A stretch of 32,000 nucleotides of DNA from Pseudomonas phage vB_Pa-PAC9. Of the stretch, positions 8,583 through 16,374 are shown piece by piece; within the stretch, counting starts at the first letter, position 1; every line of letters starts with the position of its first letter. The notes beneath the pieces are model-generated. The model was not told the origin of the DNA and searched no databases. It saw only the letters and a program-made list of their open reading frames with translations. The position numbers were made by a program, and so were the translations under genes. The stretch lies in the sequence record PV426651.1. One strand, given 5' to 3'.

Positions 8583-8996
8583 TCAGTCGATGGCGGCGAT
8601 GATTTCCTCAGCCTCCGGGTGGTCGAAGGCGAAGTCACGCAGCTTGTAGAACAGGTCCACGTAGTCCTGGCGCTGCGGGTACTTCCAGCAGAGGGCGTTG
8701 AACACGAACAGGCAGGTGATCAGGCCCGCGGCGTCTCCGCTGACCTCGCCCGAGTAGCCGTTGGTGTCCACGGTCAGTCGCAGCTTTCGGTCGGTGATCG
8801 CGGGGGCCAGGTACATCGCACCGTTGGACAGCTGGTACATGAACCAGTACCCGCCGTTGTAGTCCTCCGGGGCCATCTTCTGGAGGTGGTCATACAGGGC
8901 CATTTCGACCCGGAGGAAGTCCGCCCCGAAGTGGGCCGGGAGGACCTGGAGGCGCTGGTCATCGTTGTCGATGCGGGTTGCGGTGATCTTGCTCAT
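8583..8996 (-). CDS. KlcA/ArdB-family antirestriction protein
   Basis: 'VLPAHFGADFLRVEMALYDHLQKMAPEDYNGGYWFMYQLSNGAMYLAP...NGYSGEVSGDAAGLITCLFVFNAL', the KlcA/ArdB pattern (FG..F...E...Y.....DY.GGYW.FY.LSNG..YMAP; G.MSADAAG). Confidence 0.85.
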   Translation of the reverse strand: MSKITATRIDNDDQRLQVLPAHFGADFLRVEMALYDHLQKMAPEDYNGGYWFMYQLSNGAMYLAPAITDRKLRLTVDTNGYSGEVSGDAAGLITCLFVFNALCWKYPQRQDYVDLFYKLRDFAFDHPEAEEIIAAID

Positions 8997-9030
8997 GTTG
9001 GGGTTCTCCATTTCTGATTGAGGTGAAGAA

Positions 9031-9059
9031 AGTATAGTGTGGGCTCCCGAAGAAGTAAA
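9031..9059 (-). promoter_or_regulatory. Repeat-family promoter P1 (upstream of the klcA-like gene)
   Basis: Minus strand TTTACT-17 nt-TATACT within CTTTACTTCTTCGGGAGCCCACACTATACTTTCTTCAC. Confidence 0.82.
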
Positions 9060-9073
9060 GCCCCGCCGGGTGT

Positions 9074-9544
9074 TCAAGGAACCCACGGCGGTCGGAGCCC
9101 TCGCGCGGCCCGGTGGCCGGACTTCTCCCGCTCCGCTTTGTCGTGTCGCAGGTCGCGGTCCGCCTCCGCCATGTCCGATCCGGTCCCGAAGCTGAAACCC
9201 GGGACTGAGCCGCGCAGGAGAAGGAGCCGTTGGGTGAGCTGTTCAGCGTCTCCGTCCATGACGGCGAACTCATCGCCCGACACGCGGAACACCCAGTCAG
9301 CTCCGAAGGATCGCACGAGGGCGTCCGCCAGGACCTGGAGGGCTTGATCACCGGCGCGGTGACCCCAGTTGTCGTTGATCCACTTCAGCGAGTCCAGATC
9401 AACGAGGGCGACGGCCCGGGCCTCCCCGAGGGCTCCGGCGAAGGCCCTGCGGTTGAGGACCCCGGTGAGGGGGTCCTGGTACAGGGCGGCGTACAACTCT
9501 GCCTCCGACATGCTGCGGAGGGCTTCGAGGAGGTTTGGGCGCAT
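9074..9544 (-). CDS. Compact GGDEF-like (SGDEF) domain protein
   Basis: 'YQDPLTGVLNRRAFAGAL...VALVDLDSLKWINDNWGHRAGDQALQVLADAL...WVFRVSGDEFAVMDGD...FSFGTGSDMAEADRDLRHDKAERE'. Confidence 0.8.
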   Translation of the reverse strand: MRPNLLEALRSMSEAELYAALYQDPLTGVLNRRAFAGALGEARAVALVDLDSLKWINDNWGHRAGDQALQVLADALVRSFGADWVFRVSGDEFAVMDGDAEQLTQRLLLLRGSVPGFSFGTGSDMAEADRDLRHDKAEREKSGHRAARGLRPPWVP

Positions 9545-9548
9545 CCGG

Positions 9549-10433
9549 TCAGTCCTCCAGCACCGCGATCCGCTGGACAACGGTTTGGGCCTGGCCGCGG
9601 TACTCCGCGTGCTCCTTCACGGTGGCCTTGATCTTCAGCTCCTCGCCTTCCTCCGCGTAGAAGGCCCCGGACTTCGACACGAGGCAGGCCCCGGTCGCGC
9701 GGTCGATCATCGTGATGATGTGGACCGTCTCGATGCCGTAGCCGTTCCAGGCGTCACGGGCGAAGGTGTAGCGGCGCACCACGGTCACGTCGAAGGTCAT
9801 GCGCTTCTTCGGCTCGCCCACGTACAGGTCGGGCTTCGGCTTCGGCAGGGCGAGGTGCGGGACCCGGCGGGCGACCTCCTGGGCGGTCAGGCGCATCAGG
9901 CCTCCTTCCTCGAAGTCCGGGAGGGTGTCGATCAACCAGCTGATGTAGCCCCGCGGGGCCTCGTGGAACTCCTTGCCCGCGTAGGGTCCGAAGGCGAACT
10001 TGCCGCCCAGGATGGTCTGGCGCTTCTCCTCCTCCTCCGCGGCCCGTTCCGCGGCCCAGCGGTCCTCGCGCTCCTTCCGCTCACGCTCCCGGCGCTCCAG
10101 CTCCGCGGCGTTGGCGCGGTGAATCGCGTTCATTTCCTCGCGGAGGGAGTCGCGGGAGGTCGTGAGCTTCAGGCCCAGGCGCTCAGAGGCTTCCTGGGCC
10201 TTCTCGAAGGCTTCATCAGGGTCCTGGCTCAGGTTCTTCACGTGGTAGCTGCGGACCTCGAAGGAGCCCTGATACACGCCATTCACCACGGCGTTGCCTA
10301 TGGGGCCAGGACCCGGGACGGCCTTCAGCTCCGTCTCGCGGAGGGTGAAGAAGCAGCCCAGCTCCCCGACTCCGATGAACAGGGTGGGGACGAAGGTGGA
10401 GGGGTTCAGGGTGCGGTTGTGGATGTTGTACAT
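9549..10433 (-). CDS. Hypothetical protein with short DUF3820-like motif
   Basis: MYNIHNRTLNPSTFVPTLFIGVGELG...; 'KFAFGPYAGKEFHEAPRGYISWLIDTLPDF' resembles the GKYKGK..EVP.DYL.WL motif. Confidence 0.6.
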   Translation of the reverse strand: MYNIHNRTLNPSTFVPTLFIGVGELGCFFTLRETELKAVPGPGPIGNAVVNGVYQGSFEVRSYHVKNLSQDPDEAFEKAQEASERLGLKLTTSRDSLREEMNAIHRANAAELERRERERKEREDRWAAERAAEEEEKRQTILGGKFAFGPYAGKEFHEAPRGYISWLIDTLPDFEEGGLMRLTAQEVARRVPHLALPKPKPDLYVGEPKKRMTFDVTVVRRYTFARDAWNGYGIETVHIITMIDRATGACLVSKSGAFYAEEGEELKIKATVKEHAEYRGQAQTVVQRIAVLED

Positions 10434-10483
10434 GACGGGGCTCCTTTTCTTGGGTGGGGAGGGCCTGAGCCCTCCCGTGTCGA

Positions 10484-10747
10484 TCACAGCTGGCCGAACT
10501 TCCAGAGGGTCTGGCGACCTCCGCGAGGTCCGAAGCCGATCAGCTCCAGGGAGCCGTCTGCGCGGAGGACCAGCATGTTGATCCGGCGGATCGCGCGGTC
10601 ACCGGCGAAAGAGCGGGCCGCGGAGGTCTTGGCCTGCTGGAGGGTCGGCAGCTTCATGCGGTTCTGGACATCGCCCAGCGAGGCGAGCTGTTCCATGTCG
10701 ATCAGTTCGCGGGCAGCGTGGGTCTGGGGCGGGAGGATCAGGCTCAT
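10484..10747 (-). CDS. Hypothetical protein
   Basis: 87 aa; first gene after promoter P2 with leader CAAGAAATGGAGAACTGAAATG. Confidence 0.65.
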   Translation of the reverse strand: MSLILPPQTHAARELIDMEQLASLGDVQNRMKLPTLQQAKTSAARSFAGDRAIRRINMLVLRADGSLELIGFGPRGGRQTLWKFGQL

Positions 10748-10779
10748 TTCAGTTCTCCATTTCTTGGTTGACGTGAAGA

Positions 10780-10809
10780 AAGTATAGTGCCAATCACCCG
10801 AAGAAGTAA
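10780..10809 (-). promoter_or_regulatory. Repeat-family promoter P2
   Basis: Minus strand CTTTACTTCTTCGGGTGATTGGCACTATACTTTCTTCACG; TTTACT-18 nt-TATACT. Confidence 0.78.
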
Positions 10810-10871
10810 AGCCCCTCAGACAACTTTTTTCGACCAGCGAGGAGAGAGGGCCGGAGCCCTCCCGCTTCGTC

Positions 10872-11480
10872 TCACTTGCCTTCGGCTTCCCGGGCCTTCG
10901 CCTCCGCGGCGGCGATGATGATGCCCAGCGGGGTCAGCTCGCCGTTCAGGTAGTAGAAGGCCCGGAGGAAGGTGGTGCCATGCTGGTTGGTCACGTAGTG
11001 GACGTTGGCGTGGACCGGGAGCCCGCCGAAGATGTCGTGGAGGCGGAGGGCGTTGTTGTACTGCTCCTGGCGCAGCTCCATCAGGTCGCGGATGGACTTG
11101 GTCACGGCTTCGATCTTGGCGTTGTCGGTCTTGCGCTCCGCCTTCACCACCGGCGCGGCCTTCACGGCGGCGCGGAACTCCACCAGGGCTTCGATCTGGG
11201 CGACGGTCGCGGCGGTCTGCGGGAACACGCGGAGGGCGAGGGCGGAGTGCTTGGCCTTCCAGTTGTGGGGGTAGTCGGCCAGGTTCCAGTACACGTCATC
11301 ATGATCCGCGGTGCGGGCGTCGTGCTCGATGTCCAGGACCAGGCCGGTGATGTCGCGCTTCAGCAGCTCGAAGGCGCTGTTGAGGTCGCGGAGGGCTTCT
11401 TGTTGAGCGGCCTTGGAGGTGAAACCGGCCTCGAAGCGGGCGGTGGCGCGGTCGGTGTAGAAGGCGGCGGTGCGGGTCAT
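10872..11480 (-). CDS. Hypothetical protein, C-terminal 'phage single-copy' type region
   Basis: MTRTAAFYTDRATARFEAGFTSKAAQQEALRDLNSAFELLKRDITGLVLDIEHD...; preceded by GGAG and promoter P3. Confidence 0.65.
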   Translation of the reverse strand: MTRTAAFYTDRATARFEAGFTSKAAQQEALRDLNSAFELLKRDITGLVLDIEHDARTADHDDVYWNLADYPHNWKAKHSALALRVFPQTAATVAQIEALVEFRAAVKAAPVVKAERKTDNAKIEAVTKSIRDLMELRQEQYNNALRLHDIFGGLPVHANVHYVTNQHGTTFLRAFYYLNGELTPLGIIIAAAEAKAREAEGK

Positions 11481-11526
11481 GATGTTCTCCATTTCTGAGG
11501 TTGCCGTTCTTGTTGAACGTGAAGAA

Positions 11527-11555
11527 AGTATAGTGGGGGCTCCCGAAGAAGTAAA
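11527..11555 (-). promoter_or_regulatory. Repeat-family promoter P3
   Basis: Minus strand GGGGGCTTTACTTCTTCGGGAGCCCCCACTATACTTTCTTCACG; 17-nt spacer. Confidence 0.82.
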
Positions 11556-11580
11556 GCCCCCTCATACAACTTTCTTCGAT

Positions 11581-11772
11581 TCACGGCAACTTGTGGCGGT
11601 CCCGACAGGGCGCACAGACTCCTCCCACCAGTCTCCCGCTCCATTCGCCACACAGGTCGCAGTCGCCCGGCTCCCCGGGCGGTATCTTCGCCGCGGCCTC
11701 CGCGATCCGGGCCACTTCGCGGTCCGTGTCGTGGAGGATGCGGTCATTGCTCAAGTCGATTTCGTCAGCCAA
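11581..11772 (-). CDS. Small zinc-finger protein (DksA/TraR-like C4 pattern possible)
   Basis: MADEIDLSNDRILHDTDREVARIAEAAAKIPPGEPGDCDLCGEWSGRLVGGVCAPCRDRHKLP (CX2C...CX2C). Confidence 0.55.
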   Translation of the reverse strand: MADEIDLSNDRILHDTDREVARIAEAAAKIPPGEPGDCDLCGEWSGRLVGGVCAPCRDRHKLP

Positions 11773-12337
11773 TTTTGGGTTCTCCTTCAGGGTTGCCCCG
11801 GAGGACGTTCAGGGCGCTCATGAGGCAGATGATCTGGCGGCGGCAGTCCTCCAGGCTGGTGTGAACGGCTTGCGTCCCCTCCGGCTTCGACCAGCCCCGC
11901 TCCTTCGCCAGGTCATACACGGTGCGGGTGTCACGGGCCATGGAGTATCCCCAGGGAATCGGGACGCCCGCCCGGCGATAGTAACCCTCAAGAATGGCGA
12001 CGTCAAAGGACGGCCCCTGGGCCCAGACCCGCTTCAGGTCCGGGTACTTGCCCAACCAGCGGGCGAGGTCGGTCAGCGCGGAGCGCATCGCCTTCGGCGG
12101 GCGCTTGGGCTGGAGTCCGCCCTGGTCCCGCCAGAACTGGACCGTGGAGGCATCGACCTCGCCGCCCAGCATCAGGGCGCTGTGGAGGTCCACGTCCACC
12201 TCGAACAGGTCCGGCTTCACCAATCCGGTTCGGCTGTTGAACGGGATCGCCCCGACCTGAATGACCCCGGCGTTGGGGCCGGTCGCCATCGTCTCCAGGT
12301 CAATCATCACGCTGTCCATCGTGTTGTCGTCACTCAT
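11765..12337 (-). CDS. DEDD-family 3'-5' exoribonuclease (Rv2179c-like)
   Basis: 'SVMIDLETMATGPNAGVIQVGAIPFN', 'WAQGPSFDVAILEGYYRRAGVPIPW...RDTRTVYDLA', 'VHTSLEDCRRQ': DxE, D and H...D exonuclease motifs. Confidence 0.85.
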   Translation of the reverse strand: MSDDNTMDSVMIDLETMATGPNAGVIQVGAIPFNSRTGLVKPDLFEVDVDLHSALMLGGEVDASTVQFWRDQGGLQPKRPPKAMRSALTDLARWLGKYPDLKRVWAQGPSFDVAILEGYYRRAGVPIPWGYSMARDTRTVYDLAKERGWSKPEGTQAVHTSLEDCRRQIICLMSALNVLRGNPEGEPKIG

Positions 12338-12338
12338 G

Positions 12339-12620
12339 TCACTTCTCCTTCTTCAGTTTGATCTCATTGAATCGTACAAACTCTTGCCACACGGGGCATT
12401 CCTGGACCGACTCGCCGCCCTCCACCACTTCGCAGTAGGGCACGGCCTCCGTCCGGTTGAGGCAGTTACAGTGGTGGCAGTCGCCGGTCCCATAGTGCGA
12501 CTCCCACTGCTCCACGGCGATGAAGTAGCCCGAGCAGCGACCGCCTCCGAAGCGGTGCGGGAACCGATAGGCCCCGCAGGTGCAGACGTACTCCCCGCGG
12601 CGGGGTTTCCGGCGGACCAT
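12339..12620 (-). CDS. Cys-rich hypothetical protein
   Basis: Multiple CxC/CxxC pairs: 'CTCGAYRFPHRFGGGRC', 'GDCHHCNCLNR'. Confidence 0.5.
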   Translation of the reverse strand: MVRRKPRRGEYVCTCGAYRFPHRFGGGRCSGYFIAVEQWESHYGTGDCHHCNCLNRTEAVPYCEVVEGGESVQECPVWQEFVRFNEIKLKKEK

Positions 12621-13303
12621 CAGCGGAATTGATAGGGGTCGCGGTGGGGTTCGCCCGGGTCAAGGCGCGGTCCGCGGCGATCCGGTCCGCTGATGTAGCT
12701 GACCCCGACCTGTCCGACCCGCTCATGGACCTCGTTGCGCACTCCCGGCAGCGGCGGTTCGCCTTCCGTCACGCGGTCGATGTACCCTTGGGCACGGGCC
12801 AGGTTCAGCTCCGACCGGCGGCGGGCGTCCCGCTCCGCCTCCAGCTCCTTGCGGAACACCTCCCGCTCCTTGTCCAGCGACCGGCGGGCCTCGTTGCGCT
12901 CGCCTTCGAGGCGTCCGGCGATCCCCTCCAGCTCCGCGATCCGGGCCGCGGCCTTGTCCAGAGCGGCTTGGAGGTTCGAGGCGACGATGTCCCGGGCCTT
13001 GAGCTGGTGATCCAGCCATTCGCGGAAGGTCGCCCCGAGGACGGAGGGCTGACCGTCCGTTCCGTCGCCGCGGTTGTACAGCATCATGGCGAAGTTGCCG
13101 ATGTCCACGGGGTCGCCCTTCTCCAGGTGATCCAGCAGCATCACCGCGAGGGTGTCCAGTTGACACTGGTCGGGGTCGTGCCAACCGCCCCGGCCCTCCG
13201 CCCGCTTTTTCTCCAGCTTGCGGCGCATCGCGTCCGCGAAGTCGGCCACGCCTTGGTTGTCGATGAACTCAGCAGTGACGTCCGTCATGTCGATATGTTC
13301 CAT
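12620..13303 (-). CDS. Coiled-coil hypothetical protein
   Basis: MEHIDMTDVTAEFIDNQGVADFADAMRRKLEKK... long charged heptad-like region; overlaps stop of the next ORF. Confidence 0.6.
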   Translation of the reverse strand: MEHIDMTDVTAEFIDNQGVADFADAMRRKLEKKRAEGRGGWHDPDQCQLDTLAVMLLDHLEKGDPVDIGNFAMMLYNRGDGTDGQPSVLGATFREWLDHQLKARDIVASNLQAALDKAAARIAELEGIAGRLEGERNEARRSLDKEREVFRKELEAERDARRRSELNLARAQGYIDRVTEGEPPLPGVRNEVHERVGQVGVSYISGPDRRGPRLDPGEPHRDPYQFR

Positions 13304-13329
13304 GTTTGTTCTCCGTTTCTGTCGGGTTG

Positions 13330-13947
13330 TCAATCTTCGTCAGGCAGTCGCCATTCGTCCTTCTTCACCTTCTTCATCTTCGCCTTGCCCAACCAGTTCG
13401 AGGAGGCGAGGTGGAGGGCGTAGTCATGACACACCACCTGCCCGTCGATCAGGCCGAAGTTCTCCGGCTTCAGGTCGGTGAAGAAGTCGGGCAGCTCCTT
13501 CGGCAGTTCGCCATGGGGCAGGGGTCGCGTCCGCTCCTGAATCAGGACGATACCACAGGGGCTGATGCGGCGGCACGGGGCGAACCAGCGCGCCCAGGGG
13601 GTGAATTGGACCTCGTGCCACATCTGCCATTCCGCGACATTCTGGAAGGACTGGGCCGTGGTTTCGACCTTAGCCACGAGGGCGGTTTGTCCGTGGAGGG
13701 CGTACACCTGGCGGGCGACTCCGAACCCCAGGCGGTCGCCCAAGAAGGTCCTGATGAAGTCGTTTTTCACCACGCTGCCCCACTGTTCGTGATCAAGTTC
13801 CAAGGGGTGTTTCTCCGGTAGGGGTTGTTGGTCGAAGCCCGGGGCCATCATCCCGGGCCAGGTGATCGGTCCCGACTCCGGCGGCGGGGCGGCGGGCGTC
13901 CGCCTGAACAGGCTCCGCAGCCAGCTCAGAACTCGCTCATGATCCAT
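13330..13947 (-). CDS. Protein-kinase-like-fold phage protein
   Basis: 'VARQVYALHGQTALVAKVETTAQSFQNVAEWQMW...KELPDFFTDLKPENFGLIDGQVVCHDYALHLA': candidate VAK, DLKPEN catalytic loop and HDY in the DFG position. Confidence 0.6.
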   Translation of the reverse strand: MDHERVLSWLRSLFRRTPAAPPPESGPITWPGMMAPGFDQQPLPEKHPLELDHEQWGSVVKNDFIRTFLGDRLGFGVARQVYALHGQTALVAKVETTAQSFQNVAEWQMWHEVQFTPWARWFAPCRRISPCGIVLIQERTRPLPHGELPKELPDFFTDLKPENFGLIDGQVVCHDYALHLASSNWLGKAKMKKVKKDEWRLPDED

Positions 13948-14093
13948 ATTCTCACTCCTTCGGTCTTGCGCATCTTGAATCGGAGGTTCCGGGCATCCTG
14001 GCAGGCGCGCGAGTAGCCACCCACCACCTTCTTCGTCTGGAGGGTGCCGCCCGGGACGATCCAGCACAGCTCCCAGCTCCGGTCCTCCTTCAC
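13926..14093 (-). CDS. Small hypothetical protein, GTG start
   Basis: (M)KEDRSWELCWIVPGGTLQTKKVVGGYSRACQDARNLRFKMRKTEGVRIWIMSEF; start overlaps the upstream stop and fills an otherwise empty gap. Confidence 0.4.
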   Translation of the reverse strand: MKEDRSWELCWIVPGGTLQTKKVVGGYSRACQDARNLRFKMRKTEGVRIWIMSEF

Positions 14094-14359
14094 GCCCCCG
14101 CCCTCATCTTGTCCACCGTCTCCTTGCCCAGGACCCGCTCCAGCTCCTCCCAGGAGGTCGCCCGCGAGCCGTCGCCGGTCGGGATGCCTTGGGCCGTCTC
14201 GCGCTGGTCCACGATAGCCTCCACGATAGCCTGGCGGAACAGGGCGAAGGCGAGAAGGCGGAGGCCCCCGTGGATCGCCGCGTCAAGGTTCACCGGCGGC
14301 AACCGCTCCGCCTTGGGCTTGTACGTCCCGTTGGGGCGCTTGTTCTGGTCTTGGTTCAT
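14090..14359 (-). CDS. Hypothetical protein
   Basis: 89 aa ORF in the compact array. Confidence 0.55.
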   Translation of the reverse strand: MNQDQNKRPNGTYKPKAERLPPVNLDAAIHGGLRLLAFALFRQAIVEAIVDQRETAQGIPTGDGSRATSWEELERVLGKETVDKMRAGA

Positions 14360-14363
14360 GGCG

Positions 14364-14651
14364 TCAGCCCTCCTTCACGCAGAGGTCGATGATCAGCAGG
14401 TTGAAGCGGTCCGGGTCGCGCTCCTCGCGGATCGCCTCCCAGTGCCCGCCTTCGATCCGGCGCAGCTCCAGGTGGTAGTTCCCGGGCTCGCCCAGGAAGG
14501 CGAGCTGGTACGCTTCCCCGGTCCAGGCGGCGCGCTCCGGGTAGGTGAGCTGGGTGGGCGAGTCCTTCACGATGTTCCCGCCCAGGCCCCGTCCGTGGAG
14601 TTCGCTCAGGAAGTCGCCCACGTAGGCTTCGACTTGGTCAAATGGTATCAT
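14364..14651 (-). CDS. Hypothetical protein
   Basis: MIPFDQVEAYVGDFLSELHGRGLGGNIVKDSPTQLTYPERAAWTGEAYQLAFLGEPGNYHLELRR... Confidence 0.55.
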   Translation of the reverse strand: MIPFDQVEAYVGDFLSELHGRGLGGNIVKDSPTQLTYPERAAWTGEAYQLAFLGEPGNYHLELRRIEGGHWEAIREERDPDRFNLLIIDLCVKEG

Positions 14652-14653
14652 GG

Positions 14654-14950
14654 TCAGTCCTCGAAGGCCCCGCGGGCGGTTTGGCGTTGAATCTCAGCGA
14701 AGTGGCGCACGAGGCGAGCCCGGCGGAACTCCACCTGGCGGGCGACCGGGGTGCCGTTCAGAACTTCGTCCGCGGTGTGGCGCCCATACACGCTGTCCAG
14801 GTAGTTGCGGACCTCCTCCGGCTTCGCGGAGGGGATCGCGGCGGCAATCGCCTCGAAGGCCACGGCCCAAGCCTTGCGCGCGGCCTCCTCGCCCTTCTTC
14901 TGGGCGTAGGTTCCGAAGAAGCCGTGGCCTGGGTTGTTGGTCTCAATCAT
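14654..14950 (-). CDS. Hypothetical protein
   Basis: MIETNNPGHGFFGTYAQKKGEEAARKAWAVAFEAIAAAIPSAKPEEVRNYLDSVYGRHTADEVLNG... Confidence 0.55.
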   Translation of the reverse strand: MIETNNPGHGFFGTYAQKKGEEAARKAWAVAFEAIAAAIPSAKPEEVRNYLDSVYGRHTADEVLNGTPVARQVEFRRARLVRHFAEIQRQTARGAFED

Positions 14951-14967
14951 CGTTCGTCTCCGTGTCA

Positions 14968-15297
14968 TCAGGGATTGTCGTCATCCGGCTTCGGGAGGAG
15001 GGCGAGCAGCGCCCGGCGTCTCCACCACGGGAGTTCCTTCAGCTGGAGCGGTCGCGGTCCGGGAATCGCCAGGGCGGGCGATCCGAAACGATGCGCCAGC
15101 GTGTCAAAATGGCGGCGCAGATCGGCTTCCAGGTAGTCCTCCACAAAATACTCCCGGCGCTGGACTCGGCACCGGACCCGCTCCGAGGCGAGGACGCCCC
15201 GGGCGATGACCAGGAACTCCTCCCAGTCCGCGACCGGAAGGCGTTGCCGGTACTCCTCGAACAGAACGGCCAGGGCCGCTTCGTCCAGGTCTTTCAC
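14968..15297 (-). CDS. Hypothetical protein, GTG start
   Basis: (M)KDLDEAALAVLFEEYRQRLPVADWEEFLVIARGVLASERVRC...; GTG overlaps the upstream stop. Confidence 0.5.
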   Translation of the reverse strand: MKDLDEAALAVLFEEYRQRLPVADWEEFLVIARGVLASERVRCRVQRREYFVEDYLEADLRRHFDTLAHRFGSPALAIPGPRPLQLKELPWWRRRALLALLPKPDDDNP

Positions 15298-15770
15298 AGC
15301 TGACCTCCGTGTAGTTCCCCGAGGCGCTGATTCAGCCACGCGACCTCCTTTGGCAGGAGCTGTTCCTGGTGGTCCACGAGGTAGCGCAGACGGCGCAACT
15401 GTTCCTGGTTCTCGTTGGACAGCTTCGCCACGTTGCTTTCGAGGCGCTTCAGCTTCGCGGGTACGTCCTTGGCGAGTTCCGCCATCAGCCGGCACTCCTC
15501 CCCGAAGGCGCGGATGGCGTCCCGGGACGCGGCCACGGGGTCGATGTTGTCCCCGTAGTTGTTGCCCAGGTACTCCGCGCAAGCGGCTCCCGCCGTCCCG
15601 ATCAACTGGAGGAGGTGCTGCTGGCTCGCGCACTGGCCCGGGTCGATGTCCGTGGAGGACTTCAAGCCGGGGCGCTTCTGGCTGTACACGAGGACCGTCA
15701 CTTGGTACTTGCGGGGGTCCTCCGGGTTGCGCCCGAGGCGGGCCTGGACGCCCTGGATGGTAGTGGTCAT
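15294..15770 (-). CDS. Hypothetical protein
   Basis: MTTTIQGVQARLGRNPEDPRKYQVTVLVYSQKRPGLKSSTDIDP...; 4-bp overlap with the upstream gene. Confidence 0.6.
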   Translation of the reverse strand: MTTTIQGVQARLGRNPEDPRKYQVTVLVYSQKRPGLKSSTDIDPGQCASQQHLLQLIGTAGAACAEYLGNNYGDNIDPVAASRDAIRAFGEECRLMAELAKDVPAKLKRLESNVAKLSNENQEQLRRLRYLVDHQEQLLPKEVAWLNQRLGELHGGQL

Positions 15771-16372
15771 GCCGGTTCTCCTTCGCACAGGGGGTTGGCT
15801 TTCCAGAAGGCGCGCAGCTCGCGGCCCAGGTAGATGTTCACGCCGTCCTGGCCCTCGAAGAAGCCCCCGGCCCGGAAGGTCGGCACCACGGCGTCCTGCG
15901 CCCCGGCGGCGATCCCGTCCGCGGATTGAGCCCAGTTCAGGGCTTGATCGGCGGAGTCGAAACCCTGCGCCGTGAAGAAGCTGCCGGAGTCGCTGATGAT
16001 GTAGAACTTGTCCAACTCCATTTCCAGACCGCTTCCGGGGTCCAGGAAGGTTTCCACGTGCTGCATCTTCCCGGTCGGGCTCCGTCCCCAGGAGCGGTTG
16101 CGGTTCACGCTCATCTTGTAGTCCACCACGGTCTGGAGGTCCACGTTCAGCTTCTCCGCGACCTGGGCGAGCATGATGAACACGTCCGCGCACTCCTTCT
16201 GGAGTTCCTGGACCAACTCCTGGTCCATGTCCGCGACCGGGACGGCGGCGACGGTAGCGAGGCCCGCGACCAGCTCCGCCACCTCCACGTTCATCCGCGC
16301 GGCGACTTCCGCGGGGTGCTTCGGGCCGAAGGTGTCGTCAGCCCAGCGGGTGATTGATTCTTGGGTTTCCAT
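15767..16372 (-). CDS. MazG-like / DUF550 nucleotide pyrophosphohydrolase with extra C-terminal domain
   Basis: 'ITRWADDTFGPKHPAEVAARMNVEVAELVAGLA...KECADVFIMLAQVAEKLNVDLQTVVDYKMSVNRNRSWG': ExxE...ExxD arrangement of all-alpha NTP pyrophosphatases. Confidence 0.72.
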   Translation of the reverse strand: METQESITRWADDTFGPKHPAEVAARMNVEVAELVAGLATVAAVPVADMDQELVQELQKECADVFIMLAQVAEKLNVDLQTVVDYKMSVNRNRSWGRSPTGKMQHVETFLDPGSGLEMELDKFYIISDSGSFFTAQGFDSADQALNWAQSADGIAAGAQDAVVPTFRAGGFFEGQDGVNIYLGRELRAFWKANPLCEGEPA

Positions 16373-16374
16373 AT

